64,000 bases of DNA from an uncultured Oscillospiraceae bacterium (GTDB lineage Bacteria > Bacillota > Clostridia > Oscillospirales > Oscillospiraceae): positions 74-64,073 of the forward strand of contig CALWVZ010000005.1 of assembly GCA_944385125.1 (NCBI GenBank), read 5' to 3'. The notes under the pieces are model-generated. The model ran no database searches. It saw nothing but the letters and a program-made list of their open reading frames with translations, and was not told where the DNA came from. The position numbers were made by a program, and so were the translations under genes. Position 1 is the first letter of the stretch. Every line of letters starts with the position of its first letter. Shown piece by piece: positions 38,292 through 47,796 of the stretch.

Positions 38292-39401
38292 ATGATATAT
38301 CTGGACAATGCAGCGACTACCATGGTAAAGCCCCTGGCAGTGTACCGGGCTGTGCTCAATGCTATGCAGACCATGGCAAGCCCGGGCAGGGGGGCTCACG
38401 AACCGGCCATGAGAGCGGCAAAGACAGTTTTTGACTGCCGCCGGGAAGCAGCAGAACTCTTCAATGTGCCGGAGCCGGAGCAGATAGTTTTTACAATGAA
38501 CGCTACTCATGGCCTGAACATTGCAATAAACAGTCTTGTCCATCCGGGGACAAGAGTTCTGGTCTCCGGCTATGAGCACAACTCGGTCACCAGGCCGTTG
38601 CAGGAAATGGGAGCCGAAATACATGTGGCCTCTGCTGCTCTGTTTGACAGCCGGGGCATGCTGGGGGCTTTTGAAAGGGAATTACCCAAGGTGGAGTTTG
38701 CAGTCTGCACCCATGTGTCCAACGTGTTTGGGTTTATCCTGCCCATATATGAGATAGCTGAACTTTGCCATAAGCGCAGTGTGCCTCTGGTGGTGGATGC
38801 CTCTCAGTCCGCCGGGGCGCTGGAAGTGGACTTTAAACGCCTGGGAGCGGAGTTTATAGCCATGCCGGGGCACAAGGGGCTTTTTGGCCCTCAGGGCACG
38901 GGGATACTCATATGTTCCGGGGACTGCAAGCCCCTGCTCAGCGGTGGTTCCGGCACGGACAGCATAGTCCAGCGCATGCCGGAGTATCTGCCGGACCGGC
39001 TGGAGGCAGGTACCCACAATGTGTGCGGCATAGCAGGTCTGCTGGAGGGCATACGCTTTGTGAGACAAAAGGACGTGAAGGAGATATTTGCCCATGAGAC
39101 TGCTTTGCTCCGGCAAATGGCCCGCCAGCTGGAAGATGTCCATGGATTGGAGCTGTTCACCCAAAACTGCCGGGACCAAAGCGGAGTGCTGTCCCTGAGG
39201 AGCGATAAAATGAACTGTGAGGACCTGGCCGCCGCACTGAGCGACAGGGGAATATACGTCAGGACCGGGCTGCACTGTTCGCCCTATGCCCACCGCAGCG
39301 CCGGGACTCTGGACAGCGGCACGGTGCGATTTAGTTTCTCCCCCTTCAACACCGGGGAGGAGATCGACTCCTGCTGCCAATTCATAAAAGATTTACTATA
39401 G
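38292..39401 (+). CDS. Class V aminotransferase / cysteine desulfurase-family protein
   Basis: IYLDNAATT N-terminus, PLP-lysine context MPGHKGLFGPQGTG and candidate active-site Cys in RTGLHCSPYAH. Confidence 0.8.
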   Translation: MIYLDNAATTMVKPLAVYRAVLNAMQTMASPGRGAHEPAMRAAKTVFDCRREAAELFNVPEPEQIVFTMNATHGLNIAINSLVHPGTRVLVSGYEHNSVTRPLQEMGAEIHVASAALFDSRGMLGAFERELPKVEFAVCTHVSNVFGFILPIYEIAELCHKRSVPLVVDASQSAGALEVDFKRLGAEFIAMPGHKGLFGPQGTGILICSGDCKPLLSGGSGTDSIVQRMPEYLPDRLEAGTHNVCGIAGLLEGIRFVRQKDVKEIFAHETALLRQMARQLEDVHGLELFTQNCRDQSGVLSLRSDKMNCEDLAAALSDRGIYVRTGLHCSPYAHRSAGTLDSGTVRFSFSPFNTGEEIDSCCQFIKDLL

Positions 39402-39418
39402 GTATACAGCTAATTATG

Positions 39419-39447
39419 TTGCCTTTTTCCTTATTTTGTTATATAAT
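39419..39447 (+). promoter_or_regulatory. Sigma-A-type promoter for the cdaA operon
   Basis: TTGCCT-17 nt-TATAAT, about 75 nt upstream of the cdaA ATG. Confidence 0.5.
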
Positions 39448-39521
39448 ACTCTAATAGGTATAGACTAGATTACAGCCATATCTCTTACGATTTTTTTACG
39501 ATTTTTAATGGAGAAAGTCTT

Positions 39522-40361
39522 ATGGATGCATTGAGCAACGCAATAAGCGGGGATATAAATTACCTGCTTGCCATCGGCGTGGCAGATTTTATAGATATAA
39601 TAATCGTTGCCTATCTCATATATAAGGCCATTTGGTTTTTGCGCAAGACCAATTCCTACAATCTGGCCCAAGGACTGCTGATACTGCTGGTGGTGCTTTG
39701 GCTGTCGGATGTGTTCAAGCTGACCATGATTAACAACCTGCTGCGCAAGGCTGTGGAGCTGGGACTTATTGCTCTGCTCATACTGTTCCAGCCCGAGCTG
39801 CGGCGCATGCTGGAGCGTATGGGCAGCAGCTTTCACTCCGGCAAGGCGGCTTCCACAACTACTATGGATACTGCCATAATACAAACGGTGCTGGCCTGCA
39901 AGGATATGTCCGCTTCAAGAACAGGGGCCCTTATCATTTTTGAGCGCAGCGTGAAACTTAGCAATATTATGAGCACGGGAACGATCATTAACTCTGACAC
40001 CACGGCGGAACTTATAAAGAACATTTTTTACAACAAAGCTCCCCTGCACGACGGAGCAATGATAATCCGGGAGGGCAGGATAGCAGCGGCAGGCTGCGTC
40101 CTCCCCCTGACCCAGAGCACCAATCTCAGCAAGGAACTGGGCATGCGCCACAGGGCGGGCATAGGCCTCAGCGAGCAGTCTGACGCCTTGGTGGTCATAG
40201 TTTCCGAAGAGAGCGGCGCAATATCCGTTGCTATGGACGGAATGCTCAAGCGCCACCTGACGGAGCCGATGCTGGATAAACTGCTTCACAATGAACTTAT
40301 CCAGGAAGACAATGAACAGGATAGAAAGAACATAAAGAATATGCTGAAGAAGCTGTTTTGA
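39522..40361 (+). CDS. cdaA: Diadenylate cyclase CdaA (membrane-bound DAC domain)
   Basis: Three N-terminal TM helices. DAC motifs LHDGAMIIR and GMRHRAGIGLSEQSDALVVIVSEESG. Confidence 0.93.
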   Translation: MDALSNAISGDINYLLAIGVADFIDIIIVAYLIYKAIWFLRKTNSYNLAQGLLILLVVLWLSDVFKLTMINNLLRKAVELGLIALLILFQPELRRMLERMGSSFHSGKAASTTTMDTAIIQTVLACKDMSASRTGALIIFERSVKLSNIMSTGTIINSDTTAELIKNIFYNKAPLHDGAMIIREGRIAAAGCVLPLTQSTNLSKELGMRHRAGIGLSEQSDALVVIVSEESGAISVAMDGMLKRHLTEPMLDKLLHNELIQEDNEQDRKNIKNMLKKLF

Positions 40362-40387
40362 ACTGAAATTGGTGGAGACGAAAAACG

Positions 40388-41629
40388 ATGAAAAAACTCT
40401 ATGACAGCAGAGCCTTCTGGATGATAGTGTCTCTCCTGGCCTCCATAACGCTGTGGATCTATGTGTCCAGCGTGGACAAGGAGGAGATAACCCGTGTTTT
40501 CCGGGGCGTAAAGGTTGAACTGGAAGGCGAAGATATTTTAAGGGACAGCCGTAACCTGGTGATAACGGATATGGACACCAGCACTGTTACCGTCGAGCTG
40601 AGGGGACCCAGGAGGATAATTGGCTCTTGGGATGCCGACTCCATTACTGCGGTTATTGATGTCAGTTCAATAAGCCGTTCTGCATATACTTCCAAGCAGT
40701 ATACAATAAGATATCCTGACGGCACTGACACCAGCAGCATCACCGAGGCCAGCCGCTCCCCGGAGACTATCAATTTCATGGTGTCCTCCCAGGTTTCAAA
40801 GACCATACAGGTAAGAGGCAGCTTTGACGGTGAGCTTGCTGAGGGATACACGGCGGAGATGCCTGTGTTTGAGCCCTCCACCATAGTCATCACCGGGGCG
40901 GAGACCTACATCAAAGACGTGTCCTATGCCTGGGTCACCTTTGGCGAGGATGAGGTGGACAGCACCTATTCGGTAGAGACCGGCTTTACCCTTATGGATG
41001 AAGGGGGAATGCCTCTGTCCAACACCGGCATCAGCTTCTCCACCGATGTGGTAACGGCCACTTTGCCGGTCCTGGATCTGAAGGAAGTGAAGCTGGACGT
41101 CAATATCATAGAAGGGGCCGGAGCCACTACAGCAAACACCAAGGTCACCATTGAACCCTCTTCCCTTATGCTGGCGGGAGACTCGGAGCTGCTGGAAGGC
41201 ATGAACCGGATCGTCCTTGATACAATAGACCTGACCGACTTTGCCAGTACCTTCAGCGACGTTTATACCATTCCTTTGGACAACGGACTCAGGAATATTA
41301 CCGGCGCTACGGAGGCCAAGGTCACCATAGAGATCAGCGGTCTTACCACAAAAGACTTCAAGGTGAGCAATATCTCCTATATAAACAATACTGCCGGTTT
41401 TGAGGCCACTATCCTTTCCGAGAGCTTGAATGTTAAACTCAGGGGCAGGGACGATCTGTTGTCCCAGGTGAAGGCGGAGAATATCCGGGCCGTGGCGGAT
41501 CTTACAGACTTTGACGAATCCACAGGCACCTATATGGCCCCCGTCAGGATATACGTGGACGGCTTTACCGACGTGGGAGCCCTGGGTGAATACAGTGTAT
41601 CCATTGAGATAAGAAAGGTGAGCGGATGA
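40388..41629 (+). CDS. cdaR: CdaA regulatory protein CdaR (YbbR repeats)
   Basis: N-terminal TM anchor followed by repeated YbbR-like beta modules. Conserved position after cdaA. Confidence 0.85.
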   Translation: MKKLYDSRAFWMIVSLLASITLWIYVSSVDKEEITRVFRGVKVELEGEDILRDSRNLVITDMDTSTVTVELRGPRRIIGSWDADSITAVIDVSSISRSAYTSKQYTIRYPDGTDTSSITEASRSPETINFMVSSQVSKTIQVRGSFDGELAEGYTAEMPVFEPSTIVITGAETYIKDVSYAWVTFGEDEVDSTYSVETGFTLMDEGGMPLSNTGISFSTDVVTATLPVLDLKEVKLDVNIIEGAGATTANTKVTIEPSSLMLAGDSELLEGMNRIVLDTIDLTDFASTFSDVYTIPLDNGLRNITGATEAKVTIEISGLTTKDFKVSNISYINNTAGFEATILSESLNVKLRGRDDLLSQVKAENIRAVADLTDFDESTGTYMAPVRIYVDGFTDVGALGEYSVSIEIRKVSG

Positions 41630-42054
41630 CACAAGATGCGGTGGTGACAAAGCTCCTGCCCAATAATATGGCCGAAGTGGCGGTAGCCAGGACAACGGCC
41701 TGCGGCGGGAACTGCGGCAGCTGCGAAAGCTGCATATTTCAGAGTCAACTGAAAACTCCGGCCAGAAATCTGGCAGGAGCGAAGCCCGGCCAGCGGGTGA
41801 TAATCCAGAGCAAGTCCTCAGCCATATACAAGGCGGCTTTGCTTGTCTACGTCTTTCCTATGGCGCTGACTCTGTTGGGCTATGTTCTGGCCTATCTGGC
41901 CGGGGCCTCCGAGGGGCTTTGCGTTGCGGCGGCTTTTGCCGGCCTGGCGCTTGGAGCGGCCATAGTTGTTATGAGCCAGCGGCTTAAAAAGAACAAGGAT
42001 AAAGAGATCAGCTTCGATATAGTCCGGCTGGTTGGAACGGAGGACAAGCAATGA
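41626..42054 (+). CDS. RseC/MucC-family (SoxR-reducing system) membrane protein
   Basis: N-terminal CGGNCGSCESC cluster followed by two TM helices. ATGA overlaps with both cdaR and yicC. Confidence 0.75.
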   Translation: MTQDAVVTKLLPNNMAEVAVARTTACGGNCGSCESCIFQSQLKTPARNLAGAKPGQRVIIQSKSSAIYKAALLVYVFPMALTLLGYVLAYLAGASEGLCVAAAFAGLALGAAIVVMSQRLKKNKDKEISFDIVRLVGTEDKQ

Positions 42055-42929
42055 TAAAAAGTATGACCGGCTACGGCGGAGCTAAAGGTTCCGTGGATGG
42101 GCTGGAGATAAGCATTGAGCTTAAAAGCGTGAACAACAGATATCTGGACACCTCGGTGCGTCTGCCCAGAAGTTTTCTCTTTGCGGAAGACAGTATCAAG
42201 GCTGCCGTGCAGCGGCACATCAGTCGCGGCAAGGTGGACGTGTTTGTAAGCGTGGACTCCTCTGGCGCCGGGGACATGACGGTAAAAATAAATGAAGCTC
42301 TGCTGAAGGGCTATATGGAGGCTATAAAAAGCATTGCCGATAATTACGGCCTGGCAAACGACATGACGGCAATGAGCCTTTGCCGTTTCCCGGACGTGCT
42401 GTCTGTGGAAAAGAAGGATGTGGACGCCGAGGCAATAACCGCCGGGATCGTAGCCGTAGCCGAAGAGGCGCTAAAAGACTTTGACGCCATGCGCCTGAGG
42501 GAGGGTGAGAAGCTCCGGGAGGACGTGCTCTCAAAGCTGGGCGCCATAGATTCCCTTGTGAGCATCGTTGAACAGGAGAGCCCCAAAACCCTGGAGGACT
42601 ACAGGGCACGACTGGAGAGTAAGATGGCAGAGGTACTGGGCAGCGCCGGCATAGATGAAAACCGCATTCTGGCAGAGGCGGCCATTTTTGCAGACCGCAT
42701 TGCAGTTGATGAGGAAACTGTGCGCCTGCGCAGCCACATGTCCCAGCTGAAGACAATGATATGCGGCGATTCACCCACGGGCAGGAAGATCGACTTTCTC
42801 ATTCAGGAATTTAACCGTGAGGCCAACACCATAGGCTCCAAATGCCAGAACTCCAACATAGCCCACGTTGTGGTAGATCTCAAGTCTGAAATAGAAAAGA
42901 TAAGAGAGCAGATCCAGAATATTGAGTAG
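42051..42929 (+). CDS. yicC: YicC/YloC-family stress-induced protein (endoribonuclease)
   Basis: [10 protein letters not shown]-terminus and C-terminal DUF1732-like [12 protein letters not shown]. Same position as B. subtilis yloC. Confidence 0.88.
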   Translation: MIKSMTGYGGAKGSVDGLEISIELKSVNNRYLDTSVRLPRSFLFAEDSIKAAVQRHISRGKVDVFVSVDSSGAGDMTVKINEALLKGYMEAIKSIADNYGLANDMTAMSLCRFPDVLSVEKKDVDAEAITAGIVAVAEEALKDFDAMRLREGEKLREDVLSKLGAIDSLVSIVEQESPKTLEDYRARLESKMAEVLGSAGIDENRILAEAAIFADRIAVDEETVRLRSHMSQLKTMICGDSPTGRKIDFLIQEFNREANTIGSKCQNSNIAHVVVDLKSEIEKIREQIQNIE

Positions 42930-42939
42930 GCGGTGCCGG

Positions 42940-43206
42940 ATGAAACTTGTGAGTATTGGCTTCGGCAATCTGGTCTCCGCCGGGAAGATAGTCTCCATTG
43001 TCAGCCCGGAATCCGCCCCTATCAAGAGAATGATACAGGAGACCAGGGAAAAAGGCCTCTTGATAGATGCCTCCTTCGGCAGAAGTACAAAAGCCGTCAT
43101 AATCATGGACAGCGGAAACGTGGTCCTCTCGGCTCTGACGCCGGAGGTCATAGCAGAAAGATGCACAGAAAAAACTGAGGGGGAAAACGATGAAAGAGAA
43201 GGGTAA
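42940..43206 (+). CDS. remA: RemA/YlzA (DUF370) biofilm-matrix regulator
   Basis: [25 protein letters not shown] is almost invariant in RemA proteins. Confidence 0.88.
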   Translation: MKLVSIGFGNLVSAGKIVSIVSPESAPIKRMIQETREKGLLIDASFGRSTKAVIIMDSGNVVLSALTPEVIAERCTEKTEGENDEREG

Positions 43207-43783
43207 GCTTTTTGTCATCTCCGGGCCTTCCGGCGCCGGAAAAAGTACTGTGGTATTCAAAGCTATGGAGGGCAAGAAAAATGTTTGCTTTTCCACCTCT
43301 GTGACCACAAGAAAGCCAAGACCCGGCGAGATGGACGGCAGGGAATATTTCTTTGTCGACCTGGACAGATTCAAAGAAATGGTGGAAAACGACGAGCTGC
43401 TGGAACATGCCGAGTATGTGGCTAATTCCTACGGCACCCCCAGAGCCTATGTAGAAGAAAAGCTTGAGGCGGGTATGAACGTCATTCTGGATATAGAGGT
43501 CCAGGGCGCCCGGCAAGTAAATGATAAAATGCCTGAGGCTGTAAAAATATTTATTATCCCCCCATCCATAGACGAACTGGAGCGCCGCCTCAAGGGACGG
43601 GGCACCGACACTGCCAGAGCTATAGAGGCCAGACTTATTCGGGCCAGGCAGGAATATAAAGAGGCAACTTTTTACGATTACATCATCATCAACGACGATG
43701 CAGAACGAGCAGCCAAGGAGCTTGCGGCAATAATGCTGGCTGAGCACTGCCGGGCTGCGGACAAGATGGATTATTTGAAATAA
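43190..43783 (+). CDS. gmk: Guanylate kinase
   Basis: P-loop [20 protein letters not shown] and YGT motifs. Confidence 0.95.
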   Translation: MKEKGKLFVISGPSGAGKSTVVFKAMEGKKNVCFSTSVTTRKPRPGEMDGREYFFVDLDRFKEMVENDELLEHAEYVANSYGTPRAYVEEKLEAGMNVILDIEVQGARQVNDKMPEAVKIFIIPPSIDELERRLKGRGTDTARAIEARLIRARQEYKEATFYDYIIINDDAERAAKELAAIMLAEHCRAADKMDYLK

Positions 43784-43834
43784 ATTTGTTTATTTGGCAG
43801 GCCGCAGCCAAAAGCGGCAGATAGGAGAATTATT

Positions 43835-44029
43835 ATGATGCTTTATCCCCCTGTAGCCGATCTTGTAGATAAAATCGGCAGCCGTTACCAGCTGGTGAAC
43901 CTGGTGGCAAGAAGAGCCCGCACTATTTCCTCCGAGGCTGAAGAAAAGCAGATACCCCTGGATAAGAAGGCCGTTTCCATTGCCATAGACGAGGTGTACA
44001 CTGGAAAACTCAGTATTGACGAGCATTGA
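43835..44029 (+). CDS. rpoZ: DNA-directed RNA polymerase subunit omega
   Basis: 64 aa with SRYQLVNLVARRAR. Conserved position after gmk. Confidence 0.9.
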   Translation: MMLYPPVADLVDKIGSRYQLVNLVARRARTISSEAEEKQIPLDKKAVSIAIDEVYTGKLSIDEH

Positions 44030-44066
44030 GTAGTAATGCAGTCCCTTCAGGCAAGGAGAAGCGTTT

Positions 44067-46316
44067 ATGCCCGAAAACATAGCAAAAATTGCGGTAGCCG
44101 CTGCAAAATACTGGGTCGACAGGCCATACGATTATCTGATTCCAGAGGAGCTGAAGGAAAAGGCTCTGCCGGGTTCCAGAGTGTATGTGCCCTTTGCCCG
44201 GGGCAACCGGCGCAGCGAGGGGATAATCCTTGCCCTCAGCGATCACAGCGAACATGATAAACTAAAAGCCATTACCGCTGTGCTGGACGAGAAACCAGTA
44301 CTTACACCGGCGCAGATCAAACTGGCTCTATTTATGCGGGAGAGATTCTTTTGCACCGTCTTTGACGCCGTAAAGGCCATGCTTCCTGCCGGGCTCTGGT
44401 TCAACAGTGAGGGAAGGCGCCGGGTGGGGGATAAGACCCTGGAGATGGCCAGACTGCTCATCAGTCCTGAAGACGCTTCCGCAATAGCCGCCAGCAAACG
44501 GGGCCGTTCTCCGCAGCAGGCAAATATCCTGGAACTCCTATGCAGCTTTGAGTCTCTGCCTGGCAGGGAGTTATTGCAGTATACCGGGGCATCCCGGCCG
44601 AGCCTGAAAGCCCTTCAAAAGACCGGGCTTGTAGAGCTGTATTTCAGGGAAGCCTTCCGAAGGCCGGAAATCCACCTGGGGGAGCTGGAGCCTTTGCCGC
44701 TGCTCAATGCAGAGCAGCAGCAGGTATATGAGGGGATCAATGCCCTGGCCTGTTCTGAAAAGAGCGGAGCCGCTCTGCTCTTTGGCGTTACCGGCAGCGG
44801 AAAAACAAGTGTGTATATCCATCTCATCATGGAGCAGCTGCGCCGGGGAAAAACGGCTCTCCTGCTTGTCCCTGAAATAGCCCTGACCCCTCAGATGATA
44901 CAGACCTTTTCCTCCCATTTCGGCGACGAGGTGGCGGTGCTCCACAGCAGCCTGTCTCTTGGCGAGCGTTATGATGAGTGGAAACGCATCAAAGCCGGGA
45001 AAGCAAGGCTCACAATAGGCACAAGAAGCGCAGTTTTCGCCCCATCGGAGGACCTGGGGATTATAATTATCGACGAGGAACAGGAAGAGACTTATAAGTC
45101 GGAAAATACTCCCCGCTATAACGCCGTAGACATTGCGAAATTCCGCTGTGCCGGAGCCGGGGCTTTTTTGCTGCTGGGCTCGGCAACGCCGGATATTGTC
45201 AGCATGTATAAGGCTCAAAGCGGGAAATATGCATATTTTGAGTTAAAAAACAGATATAACGACATGACTCTCCCGGATGTGGAGATAGTCGACATGAAGC
45301 GGGAGCTGCGCCGGGGAAACGGCGGAAATATCAGCAGCCGGCTCAAAGAGGAGCTGGAAGAGAACCTGGCCAGGGGTGAACAGAGCATCCTGTTCATAAA
45401 CCGCCGGGGAGCCAACAAATTGATAAGCTGCGGAGAGTGCGGCTATACCTATAAATGTCCGCGATGCAGCGTCTCCTTGACATATCATAGCAATAACCGA
45501 AGGCTGATGTGCCACTACTGCGGCTACTCCAGATGGCTGGACCAGGCCTGTCCTGAGTGCGGGGGAATGCTGAATCACATAGGAGCCGGCACCCAGCTGG
45601 TGGAGGAAGAGCTGAAAGAGCTCTTTCCAGGTGTGGAAGTCATGCGCATGGATACCGACTCGGTTACCCCTGTCGGCTCTCATGAGGAGCTGTTCCAACG
45701 CTTTAGGCAGGAACGTATCCCTATCATGGTAGGGACCCAGATGGTCACAAAAGGTCTTAACTTCGAAAATGTCACTTTGGTAGGCGTCATCTCTGCCGAC
45801 CAGAGTCTGTATGCCGGAAATTACAAGGCAGGTGAACGCTCGTTTTCTTTAATGACTCAGGTTGTAGGCCGAAGCGGCAGAGGCGCCAAGCCTGGGCGCG
45901 CCGTTATACAGACCTATACCCCGGATAACGAGACGATAAAGCAGGCGGCCCGCCAGGACTATCTGGATTTTTACAAGTCTGAACTGGAGCTTCGGCGTCT
46001 GCAAAACCTGCCGCCTTTTACCGAGCTCTTTGCTCTGAGCGTGTCGGGGCAGGTGGAGGAACATGTTGTAGCCGCTTGCCGCCATATAAAAGCCTGGTTG
46101 GACGAAAGGGCGGGAAAGGAAGGCCGGGCCCTTATTCTTGGGCCAAGCCCTCTGCCGGTAGTTAAGGTTAATAATCGCTACCGCTATAGAGTGACCGTAT
46201 CCGCTCCGGAAGGGGCGGGTATAAGGGGCCTGCTGTCCCAGATAATAATGGAGTGCGGCTCCGACAAACGCTTCAGCGATGTGTCCGTATATGGAGATAA
46301 TGACCCTCTGGATTAG
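44067..46316 (+). CDS. priA: Primosomal protein N' (replication restart helicase)
   Basis: Walker [16 protein letters not shown] box IIIDEEQEETYK and Cys-rich Zn region CGECGYTYKCPRCSVSLTYH...CHYCG...CPECGG. Confidence 0.95.
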   Translation: MPENIAKIAVAAAKYWVDRPYDYLIPEELKEKALPGSRVYVPFARGNRRSEGIILALSDHSEHDKLKAITAVLDEKPVLTPAQIKLALFMRERFFCTVFDAVKAMLPAGLWFNSEGRRRVGDKTLEMARLLISPEDASAIAASKRGRSPQQANILELLCSFESLPGRELLQYTGASRPSLKALQKTGLVELYFREAFRRPEIHLGELEPLPLLNAEQQQVYEGINALACSEKSGAALLFGVTGSGKTSVYIHLIMEQLRRGKTALLLVPEIALTPQMIQTFSSHFGDEVAVLHSSLSLGERYDEWKRIKAGKARLTIGTRSAVFAPSEDLGIIIIDEEQEETYKSENTPRYNAVDIAKFRCAGAGAFLLLGSATPDIVSMYKAQSGKYAYFELKNRYNDMTLPDVEIVDMKRELRRGNGGNISSRLKEELEENLARGEQSILFINRRGANKLISCGECGYTYKCPRCSVSLTYHSNNRRLMCHYCGYSRWLDQACPECGGMLNHIGAGTQLVEEELKELFPGVEVMRMDTDSVTPVGSHEELFQRFRQERIPIMVGTQMVTKGLNFENVTLVGVISADQSLYAGNYKAGERSFSLMTQVVGRSGRGAKPGRAVIQTYTPDNETIKQAARQDYLDFYKSELELRRLQNLPPFTELFALSVSGQVEEHVVAACRHIKAWLDERAGKEGRALILGPSPLPVVKVNNRYRYRVTVSAPEGAGIRGLLSQIIMECGSDKRFSDVSVYGDNDPLD

Positions 46317-46354
46317 TAATTCACCCGGCTTTGCCGGTAGAACGGAGAGAAGCA

Positions 46355-46864
46355 ATGGCTAGGAGAAATATTCTTGTTAAAGGTGAAGCGGCGCTGGCAA
46401 AGCATTGCCGACCCGTCACGGAGTTTAATGAACGGCTCCATACCCTGCTGGACGACATGGCGGAAACTCTGGCAAACGAAAACGGCGTTGGCCTGGCAGC
46501 CCCACAGGTAGGGGTGCTGCGCCGGGCCGTCATCGTGCTGGAGACCAATGTGCCTGAAGGCGAGGATGAATATATTATTGAACTGATAAACCCGGAGATA
46601 ATCGAGACCTCCGGGGATCAGTACGGCCCTGAAGGCTGCCTCAGCGTCCCCGGTGAATTTGGACTGGTGAAGCGGCCGTTCCGGGTCAAGGTGAAAGCTC
46701 AGGACAGAAACGGAAAATGGTTCGAGGTGGAGGGCACCGGGCTCACCGGCCGCTGCTTCTGCCACGAGCTGGATCATCTGGACGGTATACTTTTCACCGA
46801 CATCTGCGACAGAATGCTCACTGAAGAGGAACTGGAGAGCGGAAAATTCCAGCAAGAGGATTGA
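46355..46864 (+). CDS. def: Peptide deformylase
   Basis: GVGLAAPQVG, EGCLSVPG and HELDHLDG. ATG 46355 follows GGAGAG. Confidence 0.95.
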   Translation: MARRNILVKGEAALAKHCRPVTEFNERLHTLLDDMAETLANENGVGLAAPQVGVLRRAVIVLETNVPEGEDEYIIELINPEIIETSGDQYGPEGCLSVPGEFGLVKRPFRVKVKAQDRNGKWFEVEGTGLTGRCFCHELDHLDGILFTDICDRMLTEEELESGKFQQED

Positions 46865-46865
46865 T

Positions 46866-47789
46866 ATGCGCATAGTATTTATGGGCACTCCTGATTTTGC
46901 GGAGGCCTCACTTAAAAAGCTAATTGAAGAGAAATTTGACGTGGCAGGAGTCTTTACCCAGCCGGACAAGCCTAAAGGCCGGGGCATGGAGCTTAGCTTT
47001 TCCCCTGTCAAAGAGCTGGCGCTGGCCAACGGCCTGCCGGTGTTCCAGCCGGCAAAAATGCGGGACGGCACGGCATATGAGCAAATAAAAGCTCTTGCGC
47101 CGGATATTCTTGTGGTGGTCGCATATGGCCGCATCCTGCCGGATGAGATATTGGCCTTGCCCAAATACGGAGCCATCAACGTCCATGGTTCACTGTTGCC
47201 CAAGTACCGGGGCGCCGCCCCCATACAGTGGGCCGTCCTCAACGGAGATAAGGTCACAGGGGTAAGTACCATGTATCTGGCCAGCGAGATGGATACAGGG
47301 GACGTGATATATACTGCCGAGACGGAGATAGGCGAGTTTGAGACTTCCGGGGAACTTTTTGACCGGCTCATGCTCATGGGGGCAGAGCTGCTGGTAAAAA
47401 CCTTGAGAGATATAGAAAAGGGCACAGCCCCAAGAACTCCCCAGGACCATTCCAAGGCAAGCTATGTTTCCCAGCTGGACAAGAGTTTTTCTCCAATAGA
47501 CTGGAACAAAAGCCCACGCTCTGTGGTCAAGTGGATATACGGTCTCCAGCCCTGGCCCGTGGCCACAATGGAGCTGGAGGGAAAAACTTACAGGGTGTTT
47601 GCCGCCGAATACACCGGCAACAGAACGGATAAGAAGCCGGGGCAAATAGTCAGCGCCGGCAACAGGGGAATAGAGATAGCCTGTGCCGCTGGGGAAACAG
47701 TTCTCATAACCCAGCTGCAGGCCCCCGGAAAAAAGAGGATGGAGGCAGCAGACTTTTTAAGGGGCCACCCTATAAAGCCTGCGCCCTGA
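46866..47789 (+). CDS. fmt: Methionyl-tRNA formyltransferase
   Basis: FMGTPDFA and NVHGSLLPKYRGAAPIQ. Confidence 0.95.
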   Translation: MRIVFMGTPDFAEASLKKLIEEKFDVAGVFTQPDKPKGRGMELSFSPVKELALANGLPVFQPAKMRDGTAYEQIKALAPDILVVVAYGRILPDEILALPKYGAINVHGSLLPKYRGAAPIQWAVLNGDKVTGVSTMYLASEMDTGDVIYTAETEIGEFETSGELFDRLMLMGAELLVKTLRDIEKGTAPRTPQDHSKASYVSQLDKSFSPIDWNKSPRSVVKWIYGLQPWPVATMELEGKTYRVFAAEYTGNRTDKKPGQIVSAGNRGIEIACAAGETVLITQLQAPGKKRMEAADFLRGHPIKPAP

Positions 47790-47796
47790 GAGAGAT

